A DNA stretch of 64,000 nt from Patescibacteria group bacterium (GCA_028716045.1 JAQUQO010000001.1:942-64941), one strand, 5' to 3'. Positions 36,793 to 47,931 are shown, counted from the first letter of the stretch. The notes: a model not told the origin generated them from the sequence alone. Made by a program: numbers and translations.

Positions 36793-37542
36793 ATGAAATT
36801 TATTTTAGGAAAAAAAATAGAAATGACGCAGAAATTTTTAGAGGACGGCACGGCTGTTCCGGTTACTAAGGTAGAAGCTGGACCTTGCGTTGTTACTCAA
36901 GTAAAGACCAAAGAGAAAGAGGGCTATAAAGCCGCGCAATTTGGATTTGGCTTAAAAAGGAAACCCTTGAATAAACCTCTGGCTGGGCATTTGAAAGGAC
37001 TACCGAATTTTTGCCATTTGGGCGAATTTGTTTTGGGCGACAAAGATGAACTTAAAATTGGGGACAAAATTGATGTCGCTACTTTTGCCCCGGGTGATAT
37101 GGTGAGAGTTATTGGTATTTCTAAAGGACGGGGGTTTCAGGGTGTTGTCAAAAGACACGGCTTTCATGGTTCGCCAGCTTCTCATGGTCATGAAGACCAG
37201 TTGAGGATGCCCGGTTCCATCGGTTCTAAACGTCAGGGGCCGGTGCAGAAAGGCAAGCGGATGGCGGGTCGTATGGGCGGAGAACAAGTGACGATAAAAA
37301 ATTTGGAAATAGTAGAAGTTGATCTATCCAATAATATCTTATTGATTAAGGGAGCTTTACCCGGCGCTCGGGGCACGCTTTTAAAGATTGAGGGCGAGGG
37401 GGAGTTAAAAATTGCCAAACCGGAAGAAACCATTAAGGCCCCGGAAACCCCGGCCGTAGCCGTTCCCGCCGAGCAAGTCGTTGCTGAAGTGCCAGCGGAG
37501 GAGCCGAAAGAAAATATCGTTTCAACAGAGGGCAAGAAGTAA
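36793..37542 (+). CDS. rplC: 50S ribosomal protein L3 with a roughly 35-aa A/P/E-rich C-terminal extension
   Basis: GKKIEMTQKF.EDGTAVPVTKVEAGPCVVTQVKT. Confidence 0.93.
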   Translation: MKFILGKKIEMTQKFLEDGTAVPVTKVEAGPCVVTQVKTKEKEGYKAAQFGFGLKRKPLNKPLAGHLKGLPNFCHLGEFVLGDKDELKIGDKIDVATFAPGDMVRVIGISKGRGFQGVVKRHGFHGSPASHGHEDQLRMPGSIGSKRQGPVQKGKRMAGRMGGEQVTIKNLEIVEVDLSNNILLIKGALPGARGTLLKIEGEGELKIAKPEETIKAPETPAVAVPAEQVVAEVPAEEPKENIVSTEGKK

Positions 37543-37554
37543 AATTATACTATT

Positions 37555-38187
37555 ATGGCGAAGATAAAGGTTTACAATTTAGAAGGCAAGGAAGTCGGAG
37601 AAGAAAATTTGAATCCGGATATTTTCGACGTGGAAATTAAAAATTCACTAGTCCACCAAGCAGTTGAAGCTTTTTTTGCCAATAAACGCGTAGCCATTGC
37701 TCATACCAAAGACCGGAGTGAAGTGAGGGGCGGCGGGAAAAAACCCTGGAGGCAAAAAGGCACTGGCCGGGCCAGACACGGCTCCACTCGTTCTCCGATT
37801 TGGATTGGTGGAGGAATTACTTTTGGTCCGAGAAAAAACAGAAACTTCAGCCAAAAGATAAATAAAAAAGCCAAAAGAAAAGCTTTGTTTATGGGATTGT
37901 CGGATAAAGCCAAAGAAAACGGTATAATTTTAGTTAACGAATTAAAACTGGAGAGCATCAAAACAAAAAAGATGTCCGAGATTATAAAAAAGCTGCCCTT
38001 AGGTAAAAAGGTGGTCGTGGTTATTCCCGCCAGCGATGAAAAAATTGTAAAATCAGTCAGGAATTTAAAAAATACCAAAGTTGTCCGAGCTGATAATTTG
38101 AACATTATTGATGTGATTAATAGCAATTCTTTGCTTATGCCGGTGGCGGCGGTTAAAAAAATAGAAGAAACTTACTTGAAAAAATAG
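37555..38187 (+). CDS. rplD: 50S ribosomal protein L4
   Basis: GGGKKPWRQKGTGRARHGSTRSPIWIGGG. Confidence 0.95.
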   Translation: MAKIKVYNLEGKEVGEENLNPDIFDVEIKNSLVHQAVEAFFANKRVAIAHTKDRSEVRGGGKKPWRQKGTGRARHGSTRSPIWIGGGITFGPRKNRNFSQKINKKAKRKALFMGLSDKAKENGIILVNELKLESIKTKKMSEIIKKLPLGKKVVVVIPASDEKIVKSVRNLKNTKVVRADNLNIIDVINSNSLLMPVAAVKKIEETYLKK

Positions 38188-38189
38188 AT

Positions 38190-38648
38190 ATGGGCATATT
38201 AAAAAATATTTTTAAAAAAGGGAAAAAAGAAGTAATAAAAAAACCGGCACCAAAAAAAGCGCCGGTAGTTGTCAAAGAGAAAGAGGTTGCTAAGCCGCCA
38301 GTCGGAGAAAAATCTCTTAAAGAGGGATTAAAGAAAGACAAGAAAGAAATTAAACAAACTACGCCTTTCGCCCATAAAATTTTAGTAAGACCGTTAGTTA
38401 CCGAAAAAGCGACTTATTTAGGCACATCTAGTAAATACGTTTTTGAGATTGCCCCCGGTGTTTCCAAAATTGATGTGGCCAAGGCCGTTGAAAGCGTTTA
38501 CGGAGTCCGTCCGATAAAAATTAATATTATGAATATGAGCGGGAAAGACAGAAAGTATGGACGTTCAGTCGGTCGGACGAAAAATTGGCGCAAAGCGATT
38601 ATTACCCTGAAGTCAGGGGATAAAATAGAAATCTACGAGGGAGTATAG
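38190..38648 (+). CDS. rplW: 50S ribosomal protein L23 with a roughly 55-aa Lys-rich N-terminal extension
   Basis: ILVRPLVTEKATYL...FEIAPGVSKIDVAKAVESVYGVRPIKINIMN. Confidence 0.9.
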   Translation: MGILKNIFKKGKKEVIKKPAPKKAPVVVKEKEVAKPPVGEKSLKEGLKKDKKEIKQTTPFAHKILVRPLVTEKATYLGTSSKYVFEIAPGVSKIDVAKAVESVYGVRPIKINIMNMSGKDRKYGRSVGRTKNWRKAIITLKSGDKIEIYEGV

Positions 38649-38741
38649 CTTTAAATCCATTGGTTTCCACAAATTTAAATAATAAGAAATTAGGTTTACC
38701 AGATATTCGCATGATTCGTAATTATTCCTAATTTAGCAGTT

Positions 38742-39575
38742 ATGGGAATTAAAATCTACAAACCAACCACCAGCGGCCGGCGCCATTCCAGCGTCCAAAC
38801 TTTTGAAGATATCACCAGAAAAGAGCCGGAAAAATCATTGATCGTGCCCTTGAAGAAAAAAGCGGGTCGCGGCAGCTGGGGAAATATTTCCGTCAGGCAC
38901 CAAGGAGGCGGCGCCAAAAGATTTTACAGAATTGTTGATTTTAAACAAGATAGATTTGATATGGCCGCAAAAGTGGAAAGCATTGAATATGACCCCAATC
39001 GCAACGCGAGAATCGCTTTGGTTCAATATGAAGATGGAGAGAAAAGATATATTGTCGCCCCGCTAGATTTAAAAGTCGGAGATAAAGTTATCTCCTCAAG
39101 ATCAAGAACGGACATTAAAACCGGTAATCGTCTGCCCCTGGAATATATACCAATTGGCACAATGGTTTATAATGTAGAATTAACTCCCGGCAAAGGTGGT
39201 CAAATCGGCCGGGGGGCGGGGGTAGGAATTCAGCTTTTAGCCATTGAGGGTGATTTTGCGCATTTAAGAATGCCTTCCAGCGAAGTCAGAATGGTTCCCA
39301 AGGAATGTTTGGCTTCCGTGGGCCAGGTCGGCAATCTTGATTATAGAAATATCCGTTGGGGCAAGGCCGGGCGCATGAGACACAGAGGAATCAGGCCGAC
39401 CGTCAGAGGTAAGGCGATGAATCCGGTTGACCATCCGCATGGCGGAGGCGAGGGCCGAAACCCGATTGGTTTAAAACATCCTAAAACTCCGACGGGCAAG
39501 CCGGCTTTGGGTGTGAAGACAAGAAAACCTTCCCGGTCTTCGAATAAATTGATAATTAAGCGCCGCGAGAAATAA
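38742..39575 (+). CDS. rplB: 50S ribosomal protein L2
   Basis: [14 protein letters not shown]; [18 protein letters not shown]; HPHGGGEG. Confidence 0.97.
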   Translation: MGIKIYKPTTSGRRHSSVQTFEDITRKEPEKSLIVPLKKKAGRGSWGNISVRHQGGGAKRFYRIVDFKQDRFDMAAKVESIEYDPNRNARIALVQYEDGEKRYIVAPLDLKVGDKVISSRSRTDIKTGNRLPLEYIPIGTMVYNVELTPGKGGQIGRGAGVGIQLLAIEGDFAHLRMPSSEVRMVPKECLASVGQVGNLDYRNIRWGKAGRMRHRGIRPTVRGKAMNPVDHPHGGGEGRNPIGLKHPKTPTGKPALGVKTRKPSRSSNKLIIKRREK

Positions 39576-39597
39576 TAGAGATAATTTATAAATTTTT

Positions 39598-39942
39598 ATG
39601 TCCAGATCGCTTAAAAAAGGCCCTTACGTAGATGAGAAATTGAAGAAGAAAATTTCCAATCTTAAGATTGGCGATAAAACAGTAATTAAAACTTGGGTCA
39701 GGAGCTCAACAATTACTCCGGAGATGGTCGGCTTTACTATTGGAGTTTATAATGGTAAGGTTCATATTCCCGTTAAAGTAGTGGAAAATATGGTTGGGCA
39801 TAAATTAGGCGAATTTTCGCCTACGAGAAAGTTTGTCAGACATGGCGGGAAAATGCAAAAAGAGCAGGAGTTAAAAGCGGCCGAAGTGGCCCGCAAGGTG
39901 ACCGCCACGGCGACCACACCGGAAACTCCGCCCGCTAAATAA
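39598..39942 (+). CDS. rpsS: 30S ribosomal protein S19 (with a C-terminal A/T/P-rich extension)
   Basis: [15 protein letters not shown]...[13 protein letters not shown]. Confidence 0.95.
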   Translation: MSRSLKKGPYVDEKLKKKISNLKIGDKTVIKTWVRSSTITPEMVGFTIGVYNGKVHIPVKVVENMVGHKLGEFSPTRKFVRHGGKMQKEQELKAAEVARKVTATATTPETPPAK

Positions 39943-39959
39943 ATTTTTCAATTTAGATA

Positions 39960-40406
39960 ATGAATATGAAACAAGTGCAGGCCAAAGCAAGATTTATCAG
40001 AATGTCTCCGAAAAAAATTCGGCTGGTGATTAATTTAATCCGTGGTTTGGATGTAACTTCGGCCGAGAGTCAGTTACGTTTTATGCGCAAGGACGCGGCT
40101 GGGCCGGTTTTGAAATTGTTGCGTTCGGCCATGGCTAACGCGGAGCATAATTTCCAATTAGATAAGAGCGGTTTATTTATTAAAGAAATAAGAGTTGACC
40201 AGGGTCCGTCTTTAAAGAGATGGACACCCAAAGCCCAAGGCCGTGCCACTCCGATTCTTAAAAGGTCGGCGCATATCAGTATAGTTTTGGAAACCAAGGA
40301 AGATAAAAATGCCCCCGTGGGAGTTAAGGCAGAAGAAAAACCGGCCGAGAAGAAAACTAAAACTCCCAAGATAAGAGAAAAGGAAGTCAAAAATAATAAA
40401 AAATAA
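39960..40406 (+). CDS. rplV: 50S ribosomal protein L22 (with a C-terminal K/E-rich extension)
   Basis: ARFIRMSPKKIRLVINLIRG...AEHN. Confidence 0.93.
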   Translation: MNMKQVQAKARFIRMSPKKIRLVINLIRGLDVTSAESQLRFMRKDAAGPVLKLLRSAMANAEHNFQLDKSGLFIKEIRVDQGPSLKRWTPKAQGRATPILKRSAHISIVLETKEDKNAPVGVKAEEKPAEKKTKTPKIREKEVKNNKK

Positions 40407-40429
40407 TAATGGCGCTAATTTAGCTTACT

Positions 40430-41107
40430 ATGGGTCATAAAGTTAATCCAAAAAGTTTACGTTTAGGCACAATCTACACTTGGAATTCCAAGTGGTTTTC
40501 TGATAAGAAAAATTATCGCAAATTATTGAGACAGGACGTTTTAATTAGGGATTTTTTAAGAGAGAGATTAAAAGAGGCCTCGGTTGAAGACGTGATGATT
40601 GAGAGAAACCCGTCCTCCATCACTATTACCATTTTTGTAGCCAAACCGGGGATAGTTATCGGCCGTGGCGGTTCAGGCATTGAAGATTTAAAAAAAGAAT
40701 TAAAGAAGAAAATCATTAACAAAAAATCAATTGCCGATGTCGGCAAAGTGGTTATCAATATCAATATTAAAGAAGTAAAAAACCCCAATTTGTCGGCCCC
40801 GGTTGTTTTAAGGTCAATGGTCGCGGATTTGGAAAAACGCATTCCTTTCCGCCGCGTGATGAAACAGGCCATCGGGAGAGTGGAAAAGGCCGGTGCGATC
40901 GGAGTCAAGGTTACGGTTTCCGGGCGTTTGAATGGCGCGGAAATCGCCCGTACCGAAACTTTGAGCGTCGGTAAAATACCTTTACACACTATCAGAGCCG
41001 ATATTGATTATGCTTCTGACATTGCCCAGACGATTTACGGAGTAATTGGCGTGAAAGTTTGGATTTGTAAAGGAGAAATTTTTAATAAAAAGATTGAAAA
41101 GCGATAA
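40430..41107 (+). CDS. rpsC: 30S ribosomal protein S3
   Basis: MGHKVNPKSLRLG; KH domain; GRLNGAEIARTE. Confidence 0.95.
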   Translation: MGHKVNPKSLRLGTIYTWNSKWFSDKKNYRKLLRQDVLIRDFLRERLKEASVEDVMIERNPSSITITIFVAKPGIVIGRGGSGIEDLKKELKKKIINKKSIADVGKVVININIKEVKNPNLSAPVVLRSMVADLEKRIPFRRVMKQAIGRVEKAGAIGVKVTVSGRLNGAEIARTETLSVGKIPLHTIRADIDYASDIAQTIYGVIGVKVWICKGEIFNKKIEKR

Positions 41108-41128
41108 AGCAGAGCTAATTTTAAAGAT

Positions 41129-41542
41129 ATGTTAATTCCCAAGAAAGTAAAACATAGAAAATGGTTTAAAGGCAGAAGGCGCGGGAAACGCGTAGCCGGC
41201 AGCCTTAATAGTTTAAGTTACGGGAGCTATGGTTTAAAGTCGTTAGAGCATGGTTGGATTTCTTCCCGGCAAATTGAAGCCGCGAGAAGGGCTATCACTC
41301 ACTTCATAAAACGCGGCGGCAAGATTTGGATTCGCATTTTTCCCGATAAACCGGTAACTTTTCACGGAAACGAAAATGTTATGGGTTCAGGAAAGGGAGC
41401 GGTTGACCATTATGTGGCCGTGGCTAAACCGGGGACGATAATCTTTGAAATGGATGGGATAGACATTAAGGATGCCAAAGAGGCCCTGGGATTAGCGGCT
41501 CATAAATTGCCCGTCAAAGCTAAATTTATAACTAAAGATTAG
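41129..41542 (+). CDS. rplP: 50S ribosomal protein L16
   Basis: [19 protein letters not shown]. Confidence 0.95.
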   Translation: MLIPKKVKHRKWFKGRRRGKRVAGSLNSLSYGSYGLKSLEHGWISSRQIEAARRAITHFIKRGGKIWIRIFPDKPVTFHGNENVMGSGKGAVDHYVAVAKPGTIIFEMDGIDIKDAKEALGLAAHKLPVKAKFITKD

Positions 41543-41545
41543 GGT

Positions 41546-41743
41546 ATGGAGTTTAAAGATTTAAAAGCAAAATCTCCTAACGAGCTGGCGCGCATTTTAT
41601 CGGGAGAAAAAGAAGGGTTGAGAGAGAAAAGATTTAAGGTGGCCCAAAGGCAGCTTAAAAAAGTTAGTGATATTAAGAAATCAAGAAAGATAATCGCCAG
41701 GATTTTGACTCTGTTTAGCGAGAAAAAAAATGAGAAAAATTAA
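41546..41743 (+). CDS. rpmC: 50S ribosomal protein L29
   Basis: 65 aa. Identified by position and its coiled-coil KxxELxxxxxxEL pattern. Confidence 0.85.
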   Translation: MEFKDLKAKSPNELARILSGEKEGLREKRFKVAQRQLKKVSDIKKSRKIIARILTLFSEKKNEKN

Positions 41744-41751
41744 TATAGCTT

Positions 41752-42009
41752 ATGGTTAAAGAAATAGCCCCTAAAATTAAAAGAGTTTTTGAAGGAGAAG
41801 TGGTTTCCGACAAGGGAGAAAAAACCATTATCGTTAAAATTGATAAAGTTAGAATTCACAAGAAATATCATAAAAGATACATGGTGAGTAGAAATTATGC
41901 CGTGCACGACCCTAAAAAAGAATATAAAATCGGAGAGGTGGTCAGGTTTGAGGAATGTCGCCCTTTAAGCAAAACTAAGAGGTGGCGCGTGTTAAGTAAG
42001 GTTAAATAA
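41752..42009 (+). CDS. rpsQ: 30S ribosomal protein S17
   Basis: [15 protein letters not shown]...HKKYHKRY...YAVHD. Confidence 0.93.
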   Translation: MVKEIAPKIKRVFEGEVVSDKGEKTIIVKIDKVRIHKKYHKRYMVSRNYAVHDPKKEYKIGEVVRFEECRPLSKTKRWRVLSKVK

Positions 42010-42016
42010 CAGAATT

Positions 42017-42388
42017 ATGGTTCAATTAAGATCAATTTTAGATGTCGCTGATAATACTGGAGCTAAAAAAGTCCAGTGTATTAAAGCGCTCGGCGGATAT
42101 AAAAGGAGATACGCTCGTTTGGGCGATATTGTGACTGTCAGTGTTAAAGTGGCGCAACCCCATAGTATGGTGAAGAAAGGAGAAGTATTACACGCAGTCG
42201 TTGTCCGCGCCAGAAAAGAGACCCGCCGCTCCGACGGTTCTTATATTAGATTTGATGATAACGCGGTGGTAATCATTGACCTTAAGAGTTTGGAGCCGAA
42301 AGGAACGCGTATTTTCGGGCCAGTCGCCCGCGAGTTGCGCTCCAAGGGTTTCAGTAAAATAATTAGTTTAGCGCCAGAAGTTTTATAA
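42017..42388 (+). CDS. rplN: 50S ribosomal protein L14
   Basis: [27 protein letters not shown]. Confidence 0.97.
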   Translation: MVQLRSILDVADNTGAKKVQCIKALGGYKRRYARLGDIVTVSVKVAQPHSMVKKGEVLHAVVVRARKETRRSDGSYIRFDDNAVVIIDLKSLEPKGTRIFGPVARELRSKGFSKIISLAPEVL

Positions 42389-42389
42389 T

Positions 42390-42713
42390 ATGTCCAAATC
42401 AAAGATTAAAATAAAAAAAGGCGATAAAGTAAAAGTGTTAGCCGGTAAAGATAAGGGCAAAACCGCCAAAGTTTTGCAGGTTTTGATTGCCGAACGGCAA
42501 TTGGTGGCGGAGGGTATAAATGTTTTGACTAAGCACGCTCGTCCTCGCCGACAGGGAGAAAAGGGGCAAAAAATAGAATTGCCCGCTCCGATTAACGCTT
42601 CCAACGCGATGCTTATTTGCCCTAAATGCGATAAAGCGACGCGCGTTGGTTATAAATTTTCCGAAGCCGGGAAGAAGTTGAGAGTTTGCCGGAAATGCAA
42701 AGAGACAATTTAA
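42390..42713 (+). CDS. rplX: 50S ribosomal protein L24
   Basis: KIKKGDKVKVLAGKDKGKTAKVLQV. Confidence 0.93.
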   Translation: MSKSKIKIKKGDKVKVLAGKDKGKTAKVLQVLIAERQLVAEGINVLTKHARPRRQGEKGQKIELPAPINASNAMLICPKCDKATRVGYKFSEAGKKLRVCRKCKETI

Positions 42714-42723
42714 GAAAAATATT

Positions 42724-43275
42724 ATGGAAACGAAAACAAGAATCCAAAAAATATACGAAACCAAGGCTATCCCCGCTCTACAGAAGAAATTCGGTTATAA
42801 AAATAGATTGGCCGTACCTCGAATAGAGAAAGTGACGATTAACGTGGGGATTAACCAGCAAAAAGGGGACCAGCAACAAATAGATGCTATTACTCTCGGG
42901 CTGTCCAAAATTACCGGCCAGAAACCGGTCAGCACCAAGGCCAAAAAATCCATTTCCAGTTTTAAAATAAGGCAGGGCATGGTAGTCGGTCTGATGGTCA
43001 CTCTTCGCGGCAAAAAAATGTTTCATTTTATAGATAAACTGGTGAACGTCACCCTTCCCCGCGTTCGGGATTTTCGCGGTTTAGACCCGGGTATTATTGA
43101 TAAAAATGGCAATTTAAATATCGGGTTTAAAGAAAATTTAGCCTTTCCGGAAGTAAGCCAGGAGGAGATGGAACGCTCGCACGGTCTGGAGGTTACTATT
43201 ACTGCTAACGCCGCGTCCCAAGAAGAGGGGCTGGAATTATTTAAGTCATTAGGATTCCCTTTTAAGAAAGATTAA
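42724..43275 (+). CDS. rplE: 50S ribosomal protein L5
   Basis: L5 signature and position. Confidence 0.95.
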   Translation: METKTRIQKIYETKAIPALQKKFGYKNRLAVPRIEKVTINVGINQQKGDQQQIDAITLGLSKITGQKPVSTKAKKSISSFKIRQGMVVGLMVTLRGKKMFHFIDKLVNVTLPRVRDFRGLDPGIIDKNGNLNIGFKENLAFPEVSQEEMERSHGLEVTITANAASQEEGLELFKSLGFPFKKD

Positions 43276-43280
43276 ATTAT

Positions 43281-43466
43281 ATGGCTACCGAAGCACAAAT
43301 TTCTAAATCTAAAAGAACTCCCAAGTATTCCACGCGAATAGTGAGGCGTTGTTGGCGTTGCGGCAGAAATAGAAGTTATATGCGCAAGTTTGACCTTTGC
43401 CGTATCTGTTTTAGAGAACTGGCTCGCCGTGGTGAGATACCCGGTGTCACCAAATCAAGTTGGTAA
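43281..43466 (+). CDS. rpsZ: 30S ribosomal protein S14 type Z (zinc-binding, 61 aa)
   Basis: [25 protein letters not shown] (C4 zinc ribbon). Confidence 0.95.
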   Translation: MATEAQISKSKRTPKYSTRIVRRCWRCGRNRSYMRKFDLCRICFRELARRGEIPGVTKSSW

Positions 43467-43499
43467 TATTTATAAATCATTGACTAATTTGTTTTTAAT

Positions 43500-43892
43500 A
43501 TGATTACAGACCCAATTTCAGACATGCTTACAAGAATAAGGAACGCTTCTTTGGCAAAAAAAGAAGAGGTTTTGATTCCTTTTTCCAAAATGAAATTGGC
43601 CCTTGCCGATATTCTGAAAAAAGAAGGATTTGTCGGTAACGTGGAAGAGATTAAGGGCGATAATTTTTCGGAAATCAAAGTGGTCTTAAAATACCATAAA
43701 AATAAACCAATAATTAATAAAATAGAGAGAGTCAGTACTCCGGGCAGAAGAGTGTACGCCAAAAAGGATAGCCTGCCGGTGATTTTAAACAATTTGGGCA
43801 TTGCTATTATTTCCACACCGGAAGGCGTGATGACTAACAAAGAAGCTAAAAAAAGAAATTTAGGCGGAGAAATAATTTGTAAAATATACTAA
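43500..43892 (+). CDS. rpsH: 30S ribosomal protein S8
   Basis: MITDPISDMLTRIRNA. Confidence 0.95.
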   Translation: MITDPISDMLTRIRNASLAKKEEVLIPFSKMKLALADILKKEGFVGNVEEIKGDNFSEIKVVLKYHKNKPIINKIERVSTPGRRVYAKKDSLPVILNNLGIAIISTPEGVMTNKEAKKRNLGGEIICKIY

Positions 43893-43893
43893 T

Positions 43894-44442
43894 ATGTCGC
43901 GCGTAGGGAAAAAATTGATTGTTATTCCAAGCGGAGTGGAAGTGAAAATTTCCGACGATTTGATTGTTGTTAAAGGGCCGAAGGGTGAATTGCAGCAAAA
44001 AATTCATCCCTGGATAAAGATTTTTCAGGAAGAGGGCAAACTAAAAATTACCGTTGATGACACAGAAGAAAAGCTGGGGCGTTCATTGTGGGGGCTGTTT
44101 GGCAGTCTGGTCAGTAATATGGTAGAAGGCGTGACTAAGGGGTTTGAGAAGAAATTAGAGATAAACGGCATTGGTTTTAAAGCGGCGGTCAGCGGCAAAA
44201 AATTAGTTTTAAATGTGGGTTATTCGCATCCAGTTGAATACGCTTTGCCGGCGGGCATTAATGCGGCGGTGGAGAAAAATATTATTACCATTTCCGGAGC
44301 CGATAAACAATTAGTCGGTAAGGTGACCGCCGAGATTCGCCAAATCAGAAAACCGGAACCTTATAAGGGTAAGGGGATTAAATATATTGATGAAGTAGTG
44401 AGAAGAAAAGCCGGCAAAACCGTTAAGACAGCCGGGGCTTAA
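43894..44442 (+). CDS. rplF: 50S ribosomal protein L6
   Basis: [19 protein letters not shown]. Confidence 0.95.
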   Translation: MSRVGKKLIVIPSGVEVKISDDLIVVKGPKGELQQKIHPWIKIFQEEGKLKITVDDTEEKLGRSLWGLFGSLVSNMVEGVTKGFEKKLEINGIGFKAAVSGKKLVLNVGYSHPVEYALPAGINAAVEKNIITISGADKQLVGKVTAEIRQIRKPEPYKGKGIKYIDEVVRRKAGKTVKTAGA

Positions 44443-44462
44443 TAAATGTCTTAATTATAAAT

Positions 44463-44822
44463 ATGATTGGTAAACAAAAAAGGAAAAAAGCAGGCAGACA
44501 GTTAAGGCGGAATCGTATCCGTAGTATTGTGATTGGCACGGCCGACCGTCCGCGTTTATCGGTTTTCCGCAGTTTAAAACATTTTTATCTCCAATTAATT
44601 GATGATAACGCGGGAAAAACGTTAGCGAGTGTTTCAGATAAAGAAATAAAAGCTAAGGGTAAAAAGCCGATGGAAATCGCTTTAGAGTTAGGTAAATTGC
44701 TGGCTAAAAAAGCCTTGGCCGCCGGGATAAAAGAAGCGGTTTTTGACCGCGGCGGTTATAAATATCACGGTCGGGTTAAAGCCGTGGCTGACGGAGCCAG
44801 AGAAGGCGGTTTAAAATTTTAA
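44463..44822 (+). CDS. rplR: 50S ribosomal protein L18
   Basis: [20 protein letters not shown]...[20 protein letters not shown]. Confidence 0.95.
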   Translation: MIGKQKRKKAGRQLRRNRIRSIVIGTADRPRLSVFRSLKHFYLQLIDDNAGKTLASVSDKEIKAKGKKPMEIALELGKLLAKKALAAGIKEAVFDRGGYKYHGRVKAVADGAREGGLKF

Positions 44823-44834
44823 GATTAAAATAAT

Positions 44835-45419
44835 ATGGCAAGAAGAAGAGAAGAAAAATTTAGAGAAGAGAAAGAATTTGAACAGAAGATTATTGATTTG
44901 GCGAGAGTGACTCGCGTTGTGGCGGGCGGGAAAAGAATGCGCTTTCGTGCTTGCGTAGCCATTGGTGACGGTAAGGGCCGAGTGGGCATGGGTTTAGCCA
45001 AGGGAGCGGACGTGACCATGGCCGTAAATAAAGCGGTGAATAAAGCCCGAAAAAATCTAATTGAAGTTTCTATTGTTAACGACACCATTCCTTTTGAGAT
45101 AATTAAAAAATATAAAGCAGCCAAGATCATGATAAAACCCGCCCCGCGCGGTACTGGAGTAAAGGCTGGAGGCGCGATGCGTTCCATCATGGAATTAGCC
45201 GGAGTACCCAATGTGGTGGGCAAGATTATGGGCTCTTCCAATAAAATAAATATAGTGCGTTGTACTATCGCCGCGCTGGAGGATTTAAAAAGCATTTTAA
45301 GAATTAATCCGTCAGCTGCTAATATGACCGCTAAGGGAGAAGCGGTGAAAAAAGAAAAGGATTCAAAAAATATCAAGGAAAAAGAAAAAACTGAAAATTT
45401 ATCTAAGGATAAAAAATAA
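44835..45419 (+). CDS. rpsE: 30S ribosomal protein S5 (with a K/E-rich C-terminal tail). No rpmD (L30) gene follows it.
   Basis: RVTRVVAGGKRMRFRACVAIGDGKGRVGMGLAKGADV. The next gene, 5 nt on, is rplO. Confidence 0.95.
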   Translation: MARRREEKFREEKEFEQKIIDLARVTRVVAGGKRMRFRACVAIGDGKGRVGMGLAKGADVTMAVNKAVNKARKNLIEVSIVNDTIPFEIIKKYKAAKIMIKPAPRGTGVKAGGAMRSIMELAGVPNVVGKIMGSSNKINIVRCTIAALEDLKSILRINPSAANMTAKGEAVKKEKDSKNIKEKEKTENLSKDKK

Positions 45420-45424
45420 TTTTT

Positions 45425-45883
45425 ATGGCATTAGCTTTGCATACAATTAAACCCGCCCGCGGTTCCAAAAAAAATAAGAAAAGAATCGGCCGCGGTCTCG
45501 GTTCCGGGCATGGTACTTATAGCACCAGGGGAGCCAAGGGACAGCGCGCTCGTTCCGGCGGCAGTAAGGGATTAAAATTAAAAGGATTAAGGCAGAATTT
45601 GCTCAACATCCCAAAGCTTCGCGGTTTCAAAAGCAGAAAACCCAAGATGAATGTGGTTAATCTTAATGCTTTAGAAAAGAAGTTTAAGGAGGGGGAGATG
45701 ATTAACCCTAAGTTATTATTGGTCAAGGGGGTGGTGAAAGGCCTTGTGGGTGGCGTTAAAATTTTGGGCGACGGAGAAATTACCAAAAAGATTGTCATAG
45801 AAGGTTGCCGGTTGTCAGCTAAAGCCAAAGAAAAAATTGTCAAAGCTGGCGGGAAAGTGATAGAATTAAAGAAAAAGGGTTAG
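45425..45883 (+). CDS. rplO: 50S ribosomal protein L15
   Basis: KPARGSKKNKKRIGRGLGSGHGTYSTRGAKGQ. Confidence 0.95.
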   Translation: MALALHTIKPARGSKKNKKRIGRGLGSGHGTYSTRGAKGQRARSGGSKGLKLKGLRQNLLNIPKLRGFKSRKPKMNVVNLNALEKKFKEGEMINPKLLLVKGVVKGLVGGVKILGDGEITKKIVIEGCRLSAKAKEKIVKAGGKVIELKKKG

Positions 45884-45915
45884 GTTTTAAACTTTGTTTT
45901 TGATTTTTATTTTTT

Positions 45916-47190
45916 ATGTGGTACACGAAATTAACCCAAATTTGGAAAATTAAGGATTTACGCCAAAGCATTCTTTATGTTTTGGGTATGTTGGCTATTT
46001 TTCGTTTAGCCGCCCATATACCGATTCCCGGGGTTAATGTGGAAAATTTAAAAGATTTTTTTGGTTCCAACCAGATTTTAGGATTAATGAATATATTTTC
46101 CGGCGGTGGCATGGAAAATTTTTCCATCGTGGCCATGGGCGTTGCTCCTTACATCACCGCTTCCATCATTTTTCAGCTATTGACCATGATTATTCCTAAA
46201 TTGGAAGAAATTTCCAAGGAAGAGTCCGGACGGCAGAAAATAAACCATTATACGAGGATTCTCGCCGTGCCCTTGGCCATACTCCAATCTTACGGCATGA
46301 TTACCATTCTAAAACGTTCTTCTTATCAGATTATTTCCGATTTGTCTCTTTTTCAATTATTTACTACCATCATTACTTTGACTGCCGGTACGATTTTTTT
46401 AATGTGGATTGGCGAACTTATCTCCGAAAAGCATGTCGGCAACGGCATTTCCATTCTTATCTTTGCCGGCATTATCACGGCGTTGCCGACAGCCGTACAA
46501 AGAACGCTGATTGTTTTTGACCCCTCGCAATTATTTAATCTGATTATTTTTGCTTTATTAGCCGTTGTGACCATCGTGGGTGTGGTTATTATTAATGAAG
46601 GTCAGCGTAATGTGCCGGTGTCTTACGCCCGGCGTGTTCGCGGAATGAGGATGTATGGCGGCATGAATACCCATTTGCCATTGAGAGTTAATATGGCGGG
46701 CGTGATTCCCATTATCTTCGCTATTTCTATAATTCTTGTTCCGCCGATGATTTCCCAGTTTTTTCTGCAGGCCAAAACCGCTTGGCTTGTTTCCGCCGCC
46801 CATTTTATTGTTGAATTATTTCAGAACCAGCTTTTTTACGGTATTGCATATTTTATTTTGGTTTTTGGCTTTACTTATTTTTATACGGCGGTTATTTTCC
46901 ATCCGGACCAGATTTCCGAAAATTTGCAGAAGCAGGGTGGATTTATCCCGGGCATTCGTCCGGGCAAACCAACTGCCGAGTATTTGCAATACACCCTAAA
47001 CAGAATTTTACTCGCCGGTGCTTTATTTTTGGCCCTAATCGCTATTTTACCTCTGGCCGTTAAGCAGATTACCGGTTTACAGACTTTGGTTATCGGCGGA
47101 ACGAGTTTGCTCATCGTGGTGAGCGTGGTTATTGAAACTATGAAGCAGATAGAATCTCAGTTGACGATGAGGGAATACGAAGGATTTTAA
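45916..47190 (+). CDS. secY: preprotein translocase subunit SecY
   Basis: 10-TM protein following rplO, with characteristic SecY N-terminal motifs. Confidence 0.95.
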   Translation: MWYTKLTQIWKIKDLRQSILYVLGMLAIFRLAAHIPIPGVNVENLKDFFGSNQILGLMNIFSGGGMENFSIVAMGVAPYITASIIFQLLTMIIPKLEEISKEESGRQKINHYTRILAVPLAILQSYGMITILKRSSYQIISDLSLFQLFTTIITLTAGTIFLMWIGELISEKHVGNGISILIFAGIITALPTAVQRTLIVFDPSQLFNLIIFALLAVVTIVGVVIINEGQRNVPVSYARRVRGMRMYGGMNTHLPLRVNMAGVIPIIFAISIILVPPMISQFFLQAKTAWLVSAAHFIVELFQNQLFYGIAYFILVFGFTYFYTAVIFHPDQISENLQKQGGFIPGIRPGKPTAEYLQYTLNRILLAGALFLALIAILPLAVKQITGLQTLVIGGTSLLIVVSVVIETMKQIESQLTMREYEGF

Positions 47191-47206
47191 AGAGAATTTT
47201 TTACAT

Positions 47207-47243
47207 AAAAACGCTTTTTTGGCAGAATAGGCGTTTTTTATTT
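47207..47243 (+). terminator. hairpin plus T-tract after secY (aaaaacgc...gcgttttttattttt)
   Basis: 8-bp stem, large loop and T-run. It is followed by a TGcTATAAT extended -10 at 47253-47261 upstream of adk. Confidence 0.4.
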
Positions 47244-47281
47244 TTGACATTATGCTATAATTAGATAAGTCATCTTAAATA

Positions 47282-47917
47282 ATGAAAAACAAAAAAGTTT
47301 ATAAAATCATTGTCTTCGGTCCGCAGGGGGCGGGCAAGGGGACGCAAGCAGAGATTATAGAAAAGGATTATGACATTCCGGTTATTTCTGTCGGCAATCT
47401 TTTGCGCGTCGCGGCAGTGGGAAAATCCAAGTGGGGGAGAAAAGCCGCCGCTTATATGAAGCGTGGAGCATTAGTCCCCGATATGGTTGTTAACAATTTA
47501 TTAATTGAACACTTAAAAGCCAAAAATTGCGCTCGCGGGTTTGTTCTTGATGGTTATCCTCGCAATTTAAAACAGCTTAAATTATTGACCAAATTGGTTA
47601 AATTTACCCATGTTTTTAATATCAATATTTCCGATAAAGAAGCGGTAAAAAGAATCAAAGACAGGTTATCTTGTTCCTGCGGCAGGGTTTTTCATAAGTT
47701 TTTTAATCCCCCTAAAAGAGATATGAGATGCGATTTTTGCAGGGAGAAGCTTTACGTGAGAGAGGATGACAGGCCAGCCGCTGTCAAGAAACGCCTTAAA
47801 ATTTACCGGCGGGAGACAGAGCCCTTAGTCGCTTTTTATAAAAAACAGGAGATTCTTTATGATATTGACGGAAGTAAGGGCATTCTGGAGGTTTATCGCG
47901 AGATAAAAAAAATTTAG
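47282..47917 (+). CDS. adk: adenylate kinase (zinc-lid type)
   Basis: IVFGPQGAGKGTQA P-loop; Cys4 lid CSCG...CDFC. Confidence 0.95.
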   Translation: MKNKKVYKIIVFGPQGAGKGTQAEIIEKDYDIPVISVGNLLRVAAVGKSKWGRKAAAYMKRGALVPDMVVNNLLIEHLKAKNCARGFVLDGYPRNLKQLKLLTKLVKFTHVFNINISDKEAVKRIKDRLSCSCGRVFHKFFNPPKRDMRCDFCREKLYVREDDRPAAVKKRLKIYRRETEPLVAFYKKQEILYDIDGSKGILEVYREIKKI

Positions 47918-47931
47918 CAAAGTAGATTTAT